Source: Chiloscyllium plagiosum | Lineage: Eukaryota | Direction of reading: 5' to 3' | DNA length: 20,000 bases | Assembly (NCBI RefSeq): GCF_004010195.1 | Contig: NC_057711.1 | Span: 78,550,063 to 78,570,062, forward strand | Shown here: positions 19,543-20,000 of the stretch, in pieces | Layout: every line of letters begins with the position of its first letter | How positions within the stretch are numbered: position 1 is the first letter of the stretch | Made by a program: the position numbers and the translations under genes | Notes under the pieces: model-generated | What the model was told of the DNA's origin: nothing | What the model saw: the letters and a program-made list of their open reading frames with translations, nothing else | The model's database searches: none

Positions 19543-20000
19543 ATGGTTGAACAGTCGGTTAAGTGGTGCACCTGGAATGTCAAAGGGAGTAATTCGCCAC
19601 TTAAAAGGAAGAAAATATTATCAAATCTTAAGAAGGAAAGAGTTGATATAGCTCTCCTACAGGAGACACACCTGTCAGATAAAGAACACTTGAAATTACG
19701 ACAGGGCGGATTTGATCAGGCCTTTTTTTCTTCTTTTAACTCAAAAAGCAGGGGAGTTGTTATTCTTGTTCGGAAGAATTTCCCTTTCAAAATCCTAAAG
19801 CAGATAAAAGACGAATCTGGACGATATATCTTGATTAAAGCTCTCATAAACGGAGAGGAATATGGGATTTTAAATTTGTACTGCCCCCCGGCACACCCCT
19901 TTAAATTTATAACAGAAGCCTTCTCAAAATTGATGGCTTTTAATGCCCGTCATATAATTATAGGGGGAGACTTTAATTGTATTATGGAACCGGAAATAGA
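19543..20000 (+). CDS. L1 ORF2p N-terminus (APE endonuclease), open to the window end
   Basis: MVEQSVKWCTWNVKGSNSPLKRKKILSNLKKERVDIALLQETHL...SKSRGVVILV...DESGRYI...NLYCP...IIIGGDFNCIMEPEI with no stop. Missing from the ORF track because it runs off the edge. Confidence 0.93.
   Translation, partial: MVEQSVKWCTWNVKGSNSPLKRKKILSNLKKERVDIALLQETHLSDKEHLKLRQGGFDQAFFSSFNSKSRGVVILVRKNFPFKILKQIKDESGRYILIKALINGEEYGILNLYCPPAHPFKFITEAFSKLMAFNARHIIIGGDFNCIMEPEI

Larger units (their letters stand above)
17762..20000 (+). mobile_element. LINE-1 element, 5'-complete, continues beyond the window
   Basis: 5' end GGAGGATCCAAGATGGCGG (YY1-like CAAGATGGC), 172-bp 5' UTR, ORF1, 751-bp T-rich spacer, ORF2 APE domain. 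CpGs are well retained. Confidence 0.93.

Noticed and set aside
1..20000. CRISPR array, operons or other prokaryotic systems
   Set aside because: No regularly spaced repeats or gene-dense ORFs; the recurring motifs are dispersed vertebrate retroelements.

Overview
Eukaryotic, repeat-dense vertebrate DNA, very probably a cartilaginous fish (shark): it has two HE1-type tRNA-derived V-SINEs and shark-type CR1, Rex1/Babar, RTE, Tx1 and Penelope-like repeats. I found no intact host gene. The main hidden structure is a heavily decayed LTR retroelement or endogenous retrovirus on the + strand (about 11030-17238). It can be rebuilt across at least six younger insertions and shows gag with a CCHC knuckle, a foamy-virus-like RT, a Ty3/gypsy-type RNase H 'tether', a second retrovirus-type RNase H, and integrase N- and C-terminal pieces. 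That layout fits a lokiretrovirus-like or basal spuma-related lineage (inference). Penelope-like repeats carry minimal hammerhead ribozyme motifs: two have intact cores (231-265, 10621-10655) and four are decayed. The window ends in the 5' part of a young, 5'-complete LINE-1 (17762-20000) with one stop in ORF1 and an open ORF2 endonuclease. All family assignments come from manual translation and motif recognition, not database searches, and repeat boundaries are approximate.
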